NCBI RefSeq assembly: GCF_037042905.1 | Contig: NW_026974140.1 | Coordinates: forward strand, 18,538,001-18,602,000 | Length of the DNA: 64,000 nucleotides | Direction: 5' to 3' | Source of the DNA: Lytechinus pictus | Lineage: Eukaryota | Shown here: piece by piece, positions 52,430 to 64,000 of the stretch | How positions within the stretch are numbered: position 1 is the first letter of the stretch | How the letters are laid out: the number at the start of each line of letters is the position of its first letter | Notes under the pieces: generated by a model | What the model saw: the letters and a program-made list of their open reading frames with translations, nothing else | Database searches by the model: none | Told to the model about the DNA's origin: nothing | Translations under genes and position numbers: made by a program

Positions 52430-52670
52430 GACAAGATTGATGAAGTTACCATGGGTTCTATCCCCGGGTTCTATTTTAGCCCCAATTCTGGCAAACCGAT
52501 TTATGGGTCATCATGAAAAGAAGTGGTTGGCAGAATTTGAAGGACAAATTTTATACATTCTTCAAATTTACCTGATATTTAAAGTGTAAAATACAAATGA
52601 TTCTGTTTACAATTTTACTAAAGGCCGATGATGAGGTTTGAACCTTGAAACATAAGTTGTATGTTCTTTT
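52430..52670 (+). mobile_element. Penelope-like retroelement remnant
   Basis: Translation GSILAPILANRFMGHHEKKWL resembles the Penelope RT motif MGSPLxPxLANLFM; followed by TGATGAGGTTTGAACCTTGAAAC, a degenerate hammerhead-like core. Confidence 0.65.
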
Positions 52671-53038
52671 CATCATGTTTGTCCTAAAGCACGTATTGTG
52701 TCGTTTTGAAAATATCACAGAATTAATTTTTCATAGACCTCGCTTTGAGACTTATCATCTTTTCATAAATGTTTGACAATTCATATAAGTGCCCCCTCAT
52801 ATTTCAGGCTCGACCTAATTTTGGCGTCCCTGTGAACTTTAAGATGGCGCCCCCCCCCCCCTCCTGCCAGGCAAATATAGTTATAAAAGTGCCTTAAATG
52901 CATGTTGAATTATCTTATTTAATAATCATGTTTAAAAAGGCAATCGAAGACCCCCCCCCCTTTTTTTGTGTTCATGAAAAAAAATATCCATGAATAGGTA
53001 ATTGTCATTCTATTTTTTGTAAAGAATAAATGCGACCA

Positions 53039-53494
53039 CTGGGGTCCGTAACACAAAGCTTAGCAATGATCGTAGAACATTTTTCTACGATTGATTCCAC
53101 TGGCTACATTGTTCAATTCAATTCGTATTTATTTTTCACTCATGAAAAGAAACCAACAAAGTACAAACATATAAACAGATAAGATAAATGACACGAATAT
53201 ACAATAAAATCCAGTTAACATGAGTGAGGGCAGTGGCAAGAAAGGACGAGCCTTATAAACGCCAACCCAAGATACTTAATGAAATAGATTGAAATAACAC
53301 AATTATACATTGTACAATCAATCGTAAAATCAAGCGTACAATTAATTGCTAATCTTTGTGTTACGGGACCCAGGTGGGTGTTTCATAAAGAACGACTGGT
53401 GAATCTTTCTTACTCTCTAAAAATAAAGGATCGCCAGATGTTCTTATAAAAAAATCGCTCTCAACTTACGATAAGCTTTATGAAACGGCCCCTG
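53039..53494. mobile_element. Two abutting Harbinger-like MITEs sharing CAG 53371-53373; the first carries a LINE-tail insertion (53113-53305)
   Basis: CTGGGGTCCGTAACACAAAG/CTTTGTGTTACGGGACCCAG; GGGTGTTTCATAAAG/CTTTATGAAACGGCCCCTG; insert flanked by TACATTGT (53105-53112, 53306-53313). Confidence 0.82.
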
Positions 53495-53573
53495 AAAGCA
53501 TTGTGGTTTCAACTTCTCATCAAAGTAGGCCCTACTAAAAAAAATACGTGAGCGGGAGCTAATATTTCTTTAC

Positions 53574-54760
53574 CAGGGGCGGATCCTACTTTCGCTAAAT
53601 AGGGGGAAGGTGATGGAAAAATATTTTCATCTATATGTTTCCCGATCGGATATTCTATAAGCACTTTTTTGTAACCGTGGAAATAATGGATTTATAAACA
53701 TTTGATGCGAGTGCGAAACGCGAGCTGAAACTATTTGATATCTGTCCTCAAAAAGCCTGGAAGCATATTTGGTAATCTCAACATTATTTTTATGCAAGTG
53801 CAAATTAAGCGCGAGCTGAAAATTTATGTATTTCAGACCCAAAACTGGACATTTAACCACTTTTTGTAACCATGAACAGGGTGGGCATCTTTATAAAATG
53901 TTTGATGCGAGCGTGAACTGAGAATTTGTGATATTCTGACCCCAAAACTGAACATTCTATATAAGCACATTTTGTAACCATGAATAAGATGGGTATCTAT
54001 CTAAACAGTATTTATTGATGCGAGCGCGAAGCGTGAGCTGATATATTGTGATATTCTTACCTTAAATTTGGACGTTCTAAATACTCTTGGTGATCATGAA
54101 CAGAATGGGTATCTAACAAATAATTTTATGCGAGCGCGAAGCCCGAGCTTAAAATGTTTGATATTCCGAACAGGATGGGCATCTTTATAAAATGTTTGAT
54201 GCGAGCGTGAAGCGCGAACTGAGAATTTGTGATATTCTGACCCCAAAACTGAACATTCTATAAGCACATTTTGTAACCATGAACAGGATAGGTATCTAGC
54301 TAATTGTGCGAGCGCAAAGCGTGAGCTGAAAAAACTTTTGAATTTCTGACCTAAAATTTGACTATCTAAGCATTTTTGGTAAGCACAGGATGGGCATCTA
54401 TATATGCATTTGATGTGAGCTCCAAACATAAAATTGGCGCCCCAAAGGTCGAATATGATTATGAGTCCCTATAGGTTGAACATGAATTTGGTGCCTCAGG
54501 ACAAACATCAAATTGGTGCTCCTATGTCGAACATCAAGTCCGTGCCCCCCCCCCCAAGATGGAAGATGAATTCGGCGCCCCTTTGTCCAACTCCAATTCA
54601 GCGCCCCTCTATGTCGAACATTCGGCGCCCATATAGGCAGATAGGTAAAACATCAATTCGGTGCCCCCCAATGTCGAACATCAATTCGGCGCCCCTAGGT
54701 CGAACATCAATTCGGCGCCCCCCCCCCCCCGTTCGATCATTAATTCGGTGCTCCCCTCCC
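53574..54760 (+). repeat. Minisatellite-bearing element: GCGAGCGCGAAGCGCGAGCTGA units (~53690-54420), then ~27-bp AATTCGGCGCCCC..GTCGAACATC units (~54430-54750)
   Basis: Visible diverged tandem units following a CAGGGGCGGATCC start at 53574. Confidence 0.75.
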
Positions 54761-56203
54761 TCTTTTTTCATCTTTCTTTCTTTCTCCTTTTTTTTTCTCT
54801 TTCTCTTTTTCTTTCCCTCCTTTTTCTCCCCCTTTTCGTTTCCTCTCTTTTCTTCTTCTTCTTCTCTGTTTCTGTTTTGGTGAGACTTTTATGCCAATTT
54901 AGATAAAAAGAATTTTAAAAATATACCAATTAACTTCATTGTGAAATTATTATCGTTTTCACATTGAAATGATACAAAAGATGTTATATGTTATTAGACT
55001 TATGTGAGGAGAAGTGAGATATTGTAGATATAGTCAATGGCGACAATATACAAATGTGACTAATCACCACTCAAATCAACAGAAGCAAAGGAAGAAGAAG
55101 CTGACTGAACCTTTATTACATGGACATTGATTTATACCCTGAAAGTAAAAAAAGAGTTCCTTAAACAAACGTTTTGTCCTGAATAAGATTCATAGCGTGA
55201 TTTCATAATTGCTAGGTCTCCTGCACGGGGACTTGATTTCAAAGTATCAGTGGCGTTCGGATAAAAACAAATAGAGAAAAGGGAAGAAAAGGAAAGAAAG
55301 GGAAAGAAAGAAGGTAAAATGTGATATTGTTTTTTTAATATTATGTCAAAATCACAAATATTGATTTTTGCAATAAAAATATCGACTTTTTTGCTCGCTC
55401 GTTCTCAAATTTTTATAACCTTTTCCCGCCCACGCCATATTTTGCTCCCTCAAAACTTTTGGCTCATAACGCCACAGCAAAGTATTACATTGATACAGCT
55501 CAGTCTGCATTGTTGTTATATCGGCCAGAATGATAGATTCAAGGAAGATTCTGCACAGAAAATTAATTTCCAATAAACAGGTGTGTTAAACTATTATCAT
55601 TATCTATAAAGGAAACGAGTGAGGGGCCCCGTGTAATGAAAGGTTTAGTTATTTATGAGATTGTTTTTTCAGTAGAGGATAAAGGTCGATACTGCTTCTT
55701 ATCATGTAAAATATAACCCTAGCTCTATCAAAGAAAATTGATATACTGATCTACACTTGAGCCCATTTGAGCTACTGGTAAGAAAACTATACTAGTATCT
55801 GATATTTATTAAAATAATGAAAATATAAACACGTTATTATAGATCATGAGAATGTGTAGACTAGTTTCAATTCTAGATACGACTGATATGTTAATTTTTG
55901 TATGAATTTGATATAGTTTATTGTTCATTTGTTCTATTGTCGTAGTGAGCTCGAGCGTTTAAGCAATACAGATGTGATTTTTCTTTATATTGCACTGCTG
56001 AGTAAGTGCTGGAGTGCATGAATGATTTATATAAACAAAATAAGGGATTCGGCTGGACGTAATAAGCAGAATATTTTTTCTTGGAATATAAGGAGGGAGG
56101 GGTAATCAGGAGCACCGTAAGAGGGGCAGCAGGTCGAGGGGGGGACCTTCGCCCCTGCCAAAAAATGAGGGGCAAAACGCTGTCCCACCCCCTCAAAAAT
56201 AAC

Positions 56204-56668
56204 NNNNNNNNNNNNNNNNNNNNNNNNNNNNNNNNNNNNNNNNNNNNNNNNNNNNNNNNNNNNNNNNNNNNNNNNNNNNNNNNNNNNNNNNNNNNNNNNN
56301 NNNNNNNNNNNNNNNNNNNNNNNNNNNNNNNNNNNNNNNNNNNNNNNNNNNNNNNNNNNNNNNNNNNNNNNNNNNAGAACAAGATGAAGAAGAAATGAAG
56401 AACAAGAAAAACAAGAACNNNNNNNNNNNNNNNNNNNNNNNNNNNNNNNNNNNNNNNNNNNNNNNNNNNNNNNNNNNNNNNNNNNNNNNNNNNNNNNNNN
56501 NNNNNNNNNNNNNNNNNNNNNNNNNNNNNNNNNNNNNNNNNNNNNNNNNNNNNNNNNNNNNNNNNNNNNNNNNNNNNNNNNNNNNNNNNNNNNNNNNNNN
56601 NNNNNNNNNNNNNNNNNNNNNNNNNNNNNNNNNNNNNNNNNNNNNNNNNNNNNNNNNNNNNNNNNNNN
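56204..56668. other. Two N runs (56204-56375, 56419-56668) inside a GAA-rich low-complexity tract
   Basis: Directly visible; flanked by AGAACAAGAAGAAG repeats. Confidence 0.98.
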
Positions 56669-56903
56669 GAAGAAAAACAAGAACAAGAAGAAGAAGAAGG
56701 AGGAGGAAGAGGAGAAGGAGAAGAAGAAGAGTCGAGAAGCGTTCGAAAACGTAAAGAGGGAGGGGTGTATTTTCGACCTCAAAACCCCCTCCCCGGACCA
56801 CATGCAAGCACAGACATATATATATCCATATTCGTTGAATAAAACTGGTAACAAAACTTTCTATTTTTCAGGGATTGTCTGTGAATACGAACACAAGAGA
56901 GTC

Positions 56904-59900
56904 ATGGGAAATCGCAACAAGGAGAATGGTGTTTATTTGGAAAGAAACAACGACAAATCTAAGGTAAAGTCTTTATATACCTTCAACTCAAGGTAAAAAA
57001 ATTGTGAAAAGTGCTATAGAAATATCAATATTATTATCATCCTATGAAAAATATCATGAAATCGAATGTAACAAATTACAGTTTAAAATTTGTGGATTAG
57101 TGCTGTAAATCCTTTATACTACTTTTCTTGTGATTTTGCACCTTTCTTTCAGACAATGTTGTTGGTTACTTCCACTCCTATATACCCCTCTCTTTCTTTC
57201 TTATTAACTCTTTCAATATCATATTTTCCAGTCATCATCTAATGACCAAGCCAGCCTGAGTACCGCCATCATGTCCATCCTTGGTGTAATGTTTGCAATA
57301 TTCTGTGTTGCATTCCGATCCACTCTTCTTCATCATGGCCAATCATTGTGGTTTGCATCCGGGAACTTCATAGCCAGGCAGTGGGGAGTCTTCTATGACT
57401 ATTTTGATGGAAATCTGGCTAAAATGGGAATAGGTAAGACAAAGTATCCTCTAGTCTAGGTAGTAAGTCAAACACGCAGATCTCGACCAATGTATATAAC
57501 TTATCGAGCCCCCACCCCACCCCAACTAAAACACACTGATTATGCCTATGATGATGAAAATATTTCGTTTTTTCGTGTATATCATAAACATGATACGTTG
57601 TGCTTTGCCTGATTTAACCGTTTTTTTTAAATGATTATATTTATCTCCTCGTTTGCATACTAATCACTCGTGATTTAACAAAAAAAATGAAAAACTTAAC
57701 TGAAAAGATGAATAATGCCAGAGTACTGATTTACTATCGTTCTTTTCTCATTCCATCTTTCTTTCTAAAGCTCTTCATTGTGTGTTTGTTTTGGAGTATT
57801 GGTTGCTAGGGGGATTGTTTCTCATCACAGATCTGACTGGAAAACCAAAGTTCATCCGCAAATACAAAGTACAGTTAGATGAAACAGAGGTAAAGTGACG
57901 CCATCTTGAAATTTGTTTCTTTTTAAATAATTATAATGTGGTCCTGGGCATTTCGTTTTATGCAGGCTTGAATTGTCCAAATTTACATGCCAAAAATGTT
58001 TTAATTGTTGGATATTAATCACCAGAGGAGGCGATTTTGTGACATTTTTGGACCATCGAGGGGGTACGTGAAAAGTACACCCCATGGGATCGTGTACAAA
58101 ATTTGAAAATCGAGGGGGGCATGTCCCCCCCCCCCGATCGCCGCCAATGTTAATCATGTATTATCACTGATCAGCTAATTTATCTGTTGTGTCAAGATGA
58201 TCACATGATCACAATACCATGTTGACTTTAGCTATCCCAAAGTCAAAGTTTGGCCGTGTGAGTTGGTTCTAAAACGGATGATTCGTATATAAAAAGATTG
58301 GCACTGGTGTACAATTAAAAAAATATACTGATGGGTTGCTTTTGACAATCTGAAAAAAGACTTATATTTCGGATGAAAACAAACACAAGCTATAATTTAT
58401 GCTTATAGTGTGTAAGTATTATGATGTTTAATTTAATATAATCATGTAATTTTATCTATATCATTGCATTATTATGTTTTGATTACCATATTTACACTTG
58501 TTGATGTAACTTTTCTTATATCTGGAATGGAATAAAATCAGATTGAAATTGAATTGAATTAAGTCTCCGAATTGACAAAACAATTCTAGACCATCGATTG
58601 AAATTTCTTGATGGCATAATAGTAATCAAATTGGCAATACTGGGATCAATCCTTATCAATGCCAACTGTATAAGTAAGTTTTATCTATGTTTGTAAACAT
58701 TGATTAGCAATAGTCCGATGAACCTAAAAAATCTTGTTTTGATAACATTGAAATAATGTACTGTAATAAAATAATGCGAAATATAGACATTGAATAAAAC
58801 CTCTGGGGAAAGAATTTGCCAATTCTCACATTTTAATGCGTTTCATAAATTGAATGCATGACGTCGTATCAAACATTTGTGTGTTTTTTATTCTCGATAA
58901 ATGCAGAAATGCATACTTTTCGAACAAATGGTATAAAAGATTTATACAACAATGTAATTTCATGTAATATGCTGACGTCAATGCAATATACCTATTTTAT
59001 TATTGCCCTTTCTTAGGAGGGGGTTGCATGAACCATAACTGAAATTTCATGAAATAAACTCTATAACAATAATCACATCCTTAAAATGAACGATTGCAAT
59101 AATTACATTCTCAACTGATTGCACTAATGATATTTTCAGATTCCAGGGGATAAATTACGACGTACATTATGGACTGTTTTCCTGAACCATACAATCTACA
59201 GTGCTCCTATCCTGATATGTCATTACTATGCTGGTGTGTGGAGGGGGTGTGTCTGGTCTGTTCATGATCTACCCACCTTACCGACTCTCATCATTCAGTT
59301 GGTCATATTTGCTATAGTAGAAGAATTCGGATTTTACTACAGTCACAGGTGATCTTGGTACATCTTAAACTCACAATTTAAAGTTTATTTATGAGGAAGC
59401 ATGATATAACTAATTTCCACAATTTCATTTTTTTACTTTTTTTTTTACAGAAGACATGAATATTACTGTCACAAGTATGTAAATACAATAATGTATACTC
59501 GTATGAATAATATTCATACAAGTATACATGATTGTATTTATCATTATTATTTTAATTTTCAAAGAGTGTGCAGTGGGAATAATACTTTTTTGATGAAAAT
59601 TACAAGGATTCCAAGATGTAATAATAATAATATGTCCATTTATATAGCGCAGTTATTATGTGCACATACTCAACTGCGCTTTGATACTTGGTATCATAAT
59701 TATTATTACCCCGGCTGTAGCTGAGTCGCCATATCAATAGGCGCTAAAGTGTTCAAGGAATAAATCCTTCCGGGTACCCATTCACCTCACCTGGGTCGAG
59801 TGCAGCACAATGTGGATAAATTACTTGCCGAAGGAATTTATGCCATAGCTGGGATTCGAACCCACGACCCTCTGTTTCAAAGTCGGGAGACTAATCCACT

Positions 59901-60099
59901 GGGCCACAACGCTCCACAATAATACAATAACATGTTGATCGCCCAGAGTATCTACAGATTATTATGTGTAAGTTTGGGCAAGGGATCCGGCCCCCTCATT
60001 TTTTTATGAGTCGCGAAAAATAGGAAGAAAGGGAGCAAAATAAAATGAAAAGAGGAGGAAGAAGACAGATAAATTCTGAGTGAGAAAAATATGTTGATG

Positions 60100-60172
<73 letters not shown>

Positions 60173-61159
60173 TGTCTACCCCAAACCCCTCCCCCATTAG
60201 AATATTCTAACGCAGTCCCTGATCTCAGCCGCCATCTTTAATTTTTCCTCTATACATAGGATGCTCCACCTGCCATTCTTCTACAAACCAATCCACAAGC
60301 AGCATCACGAATGGATCGCACCCATCGGATTCGTCACATCCTACGCTCATCCCTTTGAGAACTTCATCTCCAACATGCTCCCAGCTATCACTAGCTCCCT
60401 TCTCATTGGTTCACATCTTCTTACCTATTATTTCTGGATCATTCAGGGACAATACATCTCAATAGTCCACCACTCTGGATACCACCTACCTCTTCTCCCG
60501 TCTCCTGAATTCCATGACTACCACCATCTCAAGTGAGTGCATCTCTTGCTCCATCTCTAATCCTATTTGTTTTATCTGCAGCATGTTGCACTTCATTAAG
60601 AGAATATGGAAATATCCCAAATGTACATCGTCAAGTCGAATGTCTCATTTTGTATGAAATAATTATAACTGCTTTCAGGGAGCAGTCACCGTCGGCCAAT
60701 CTTTTATTTTCCTTTCCATTTTAGTTCCTTTTACAGAAGTATATACGTTTCAAAGTAGATGTATATGTATTCATGATATTGGAGGATTCAATATTATGCA
60801 TAAACAGACTTAATTGTGTGTCTTTTTTACTAAGATTAGAGTAAGGTGTATTTTTAGTAAAAATTGGGATATGGCATGAATTTAGTCCTTGAAACGCAGA
60901 GCGCACATGCACACAATTTGTCCATGGAAGTCAAAGCTATGTACAGAAGTTCATGGTTAGCATAATTGTAGGCCTATGTAATCGATATGCTCTTCTTTCT
61001 TCTTGATTCAGGTTCACCAATAACTATGGTGTACTAGGCCTCCTGGACTGGTTTCACGGAACAGATGTTAACTACAAGAAATCAAAACAATTCCTGAGAC
61101 ACAAGACCCTTTATGGAATTACACCAATCAGCCAACTCATTCCTGACGATAAAAATTGA
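56904..61159 (+). CDS. FAXDC2: Fatty acid hydroxylase domain-containing protein 2 (sterol desaturase/C4-methylsterol oxidase family), 336 aa
   Basis: Exons: 56904-56963, 57232-57433, 57771-57889, 59140-59348, 60260-60532, 61012-61159; 1011 nt, GT-AG, phases compatible. Motifs DLTGKPKFIRKYKVQ, EEFGFYYSHRMLH, IHKQHHEW, YAHPFE, HHSGYHLP..PSPEFHDYHH, NYGVLGLLDWFHGTD. First coding exon less certain. Confidence 0.93.
59620..59917 (-). mobile_element. tRNA-derived SINE
   Basis: Minus: A-box TGGCCCAGTGG (59906-59896), B-box GGTTCGAATCC (59862-59852), 3' GCGCAGTT...AACTGCGC stem and (ATT)n tail. Confidence 0.88.
60103..60170. repeat. (TA)n microsatellite followed by short (TG)n
   Basis: Directly visible. 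Confidence 0.95.
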
Positions 61160-61749
61160 AACAAGAAATGAAAATGTACAACTGTTTAGTAGGCAGTCTG
61201 TTTCAGTATAAAGTGTCAATAAAAATATTCATTTTTACTAATTATGTGGCCCTATGTAGATAATCATGTTTTTAAGAAAGCTTGTTAGAGATCAACCATT
61301 GAATAAAAATAATCTTTATGGAATTTTGCGTATAGTAAACCAATCACTATTTCTTTTGTATTTTGTTCTGAAATACAGAATATTTTATTTTGTGAATTTG
61401 ACATTAAGGAAGCATCTGTATGAATTACAATAGGTTGTAACAAAAATAACACATTTCCGGCGAAAAATCAAACATTGTTTTACATTAAAATGGGTAAAAT
61501 AAAGGTATTTTATAATTCATGTCTTAAAATACAAAAGAAACAATAAATGGGTGATGATATCAATTTACCCAATTGCATACTGACCAGGATGTGCCCATCA
61601 CTGTTTTGTTAGAACATAAGAGAAACTTTAAAACGTCATAATGTATTTTTTTTCTTATACATCCGATTTTTATCAAATTTTCAGCGTTTTATTGTATTGT
61701 ATTCATTTTCCGTCAATTAAAAAGAATAACAATGATAGATATATCTACA

Positions 61750-62260
61750 ATTACAAAGAAATGATAATTAAAAGGACGGGGGATTGCCCTACTAAGCGTT
61801 GATAACATATCAACGCTGTTTTACAGAGGGGTCCCTTACATAGATATACATGTAAACATAATACAGGAAAGGAAAAACTTAGTTGACTTACGTTAAAGAC
61901 GTTGACAAAATGTGAAAAAGTAAGAAGAAACATATGTACAATATATACACAAGATAAGAAAGTAAGAATGAGGGATCTGAGCTAAAAGTTACAAGAAGTC
62001 TGGAAAATGTTTTTAAGGCCTTTTTTTAATGCATCGATATTTTCCAATAATTTAATGTGATGGGGAAGAGTATCATAATAAGATGCACCTCTGTATTGGA
62101 TAGTGCGACGAGAGTATTCTGTTTTGGGTTTGGGTAAAGCAAAGTTATGAGAATTACGTAGTGAATAATGATGAGAAGGTGGTTGAAACATATCGGACAT
62201 GATTGGAGATAACATGTCATGGACTGGTTTATAAATAAATATGTTAGGATTTTATATAAC
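61750..62260 (-). mobile_element. CR1/L2-group LINE 3' fragment
   Basis: HHYSLRNSHNFALPKPKTEYSRRTIQYRGASYYDTLP; 3' stem-loop at ~61784-61835. Confidence 0.75.
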
Positions 62261-64000
62261 TTAGTTATATAAGCTTCCTTGAATATGACAAAAAAAATCA
62301 TGAATCACCGGGAATTTGTTGTTATCTATTCCTACTGTAAGACAGGAGAGTAAACGTATTTCTCCCAATTTTAGGAGTGAGTAAGAGAGGAGATGAAGTG
62401 GTAAAGGGAGAGACAGAAACAAAGAGAGGGAAAATACAAATGAGAGAGTTTGGACGAGTATGTCAGTATCAAGAACTGCTATGAAAGACTTCAAATAAGA
62501 TTGATTGTCTCTAAAGATTATATAATATTATAATTCTTAAAAATTATTCCAAAGAGAATGTAGCTCGTGTTTTGGGGGTCTTTAGAAGGAGCTGACGTAA
62601 TGTCAATGATAATGAAAATGGCAATACATCAATCAATGTGATAAAATTTCACTTGGTAAACACCGAGAGACAGTATACTCTTCCAAGTTGAGCAAGGTAG
62701 TTTAGCAAATTCTCCATTCATTTGAGTACGTGCGTGTGTATGGGGGAGGGGTATTTTTGTATTTTGAGAATTGTCTGGTTACTTTTACGCCACAATAAAC
62801 ACCATTCATTACAATTCAAGACAAGTCATAAATATCTGAGATCTATTGGAAGCACAGAACTATTCACAATAAACGAACCTTGGAAATATAATGTCAACAA
62901 TTCGACCAGACAGACAACAGGCTATATCAAAGGTCCATTTTCAAAGTTTGCTCTTGCTTAACTCGGCTCTTCAGGTACCTGATATAAGCTGATAGCTTGG
63001 TAGCATCGATACAATCCCAGTGTAGACCGACAATATTGTAAGTAATTTTGTGACTATTTATTTTACACGTTATGGTGACAATACATAGGTGGTTTACAAT
63101 GCTTACTATTCCGAAGATAATCATTCATCTTGTTAGGCTAGTTTTCATTGTCTCATACAAATGAAAATCTATTGTCAGAGCGTCTGATACAACTGGCGTA
63201 AACAGGTATATAATTGCTGTCTGTCTTGTATTCACCGTCCATTGCAATATATCTGTCAGATAGGGTTTGACCATTCATTGTCCATTTAGGCAATTATAAG
63301 CAGTATATAATCATGAACCTCGGTCCACGATTATGATCAAGTACATCCATAATCCATCCTTGGATCATTATTGTGTCATTTGTGTGGTAGTTGTGGTCAT
63401 ATTAAATGACGGATGGAAATTGAATAGTATTAAAATTTCACATAGACAAAGAATATGTATATATGTTAATTGGTCAATTGAACTGTCTTTCCGTTTAGAC
63501 TAGAGAAACAAATGCCGACGTTGAGTTTGGAAGAATGTTTGCAAATGGGACAAGACAATTAAGATAAAGACATTTGAGGAAATGAGAACAAGAAGCTGTT
63601 TATGAGAGTGGGTGAATAGTTGCACATAGAGTATAGGGGGCGAATGGAAATATGGATAGTGGAGGTGAAGGAGGAGGAGGGGGGTGTTCAGAAATGCACG
63701 TTAATCTGCCATTGTACTTATTGTACTAGTATTCATACATTTTCTCAATATAGATTTATATCATTGGGAGGAATAAAAGCGTTGAGATTATCACCCACGA
63801 TGGTCAGACAGCAAAAGGAAAATGGTGTTACAAAGACCCTCCCCGATGACAACGTGTATTCAAAGGTAACTTTCAAAATATATATTATTGATTGGTGTTT
63901 GATATGCACTCAGGTATGAATCATAATAGATATTTGCTTTCATTCATTTTAATTCGATCACAAGTGACTAGTTTTACAATTAAACTCACATTCTGATTTT

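Noticed and set aside
55918-56854. Long ORFs of 105-275 aa
   Set aside because: Artefacts of reading through N runs and GAA repeats.
59845-59917. tRNA gene
   Set aside because: A and B boxes are followed by a SINE body and (ATT)n tail, with a second degenerate copy at 38158-38426; it is a SINE head.
62720-63430. Possible exon or pseudogene (e.g. minus-strand LPKWTMNGQTLSDRYIAMDGEYKTDSNY...)
   Set aside because: Short frames bounded by stops, no consistent splice pair, no family recognised.

Overview
AT-rich animal genomic DNA. The repeat families and gene structures resemble a deuterostome invertebrate, most plausibly a sea urchin (inference, not verified). Four intact spliced genes can be rebuilt by hand with GT-AG introns and consistent phases: spartin/SPART (-, 6 coding exons, 542 aa), CHIC1/2 (-, 5 exons, 166 aa, missed by the ORF track), ALG11 (-, 3 coding exons, ~470 aa) and FAXDC2 (+, 6 exons, 336 aa). 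The rest is introns and UTRs packed with non-autonomous DNA transposons (TTAA, TA, CWG, 8-bp and 9-bp target-site types), LINE 3' fragments, tRNA-derived SINEs, Penelope remnants with hammerhead-like cores, and minisatellites. Main highlights: (1) the human orthologues of all four genes lie on the ParaHox paralogon (4q/5q/13q/Xq), yet CHIC has no Gsx neighbour here; (2) a higher-order minisatellite appears split by an inversion or mis-join near 2.4 kb; (3) four transposons are stacked into one ~16-bp target upstream of the SPART coding region; (4) a set of TAG...CTA elements with 9-bp target duplications includes a 119-bp palindrome; (5) a perfect splice donor is re-created at a SPART exon junction. 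I cannot demonstrate a wholly new biological system from sequence alone.
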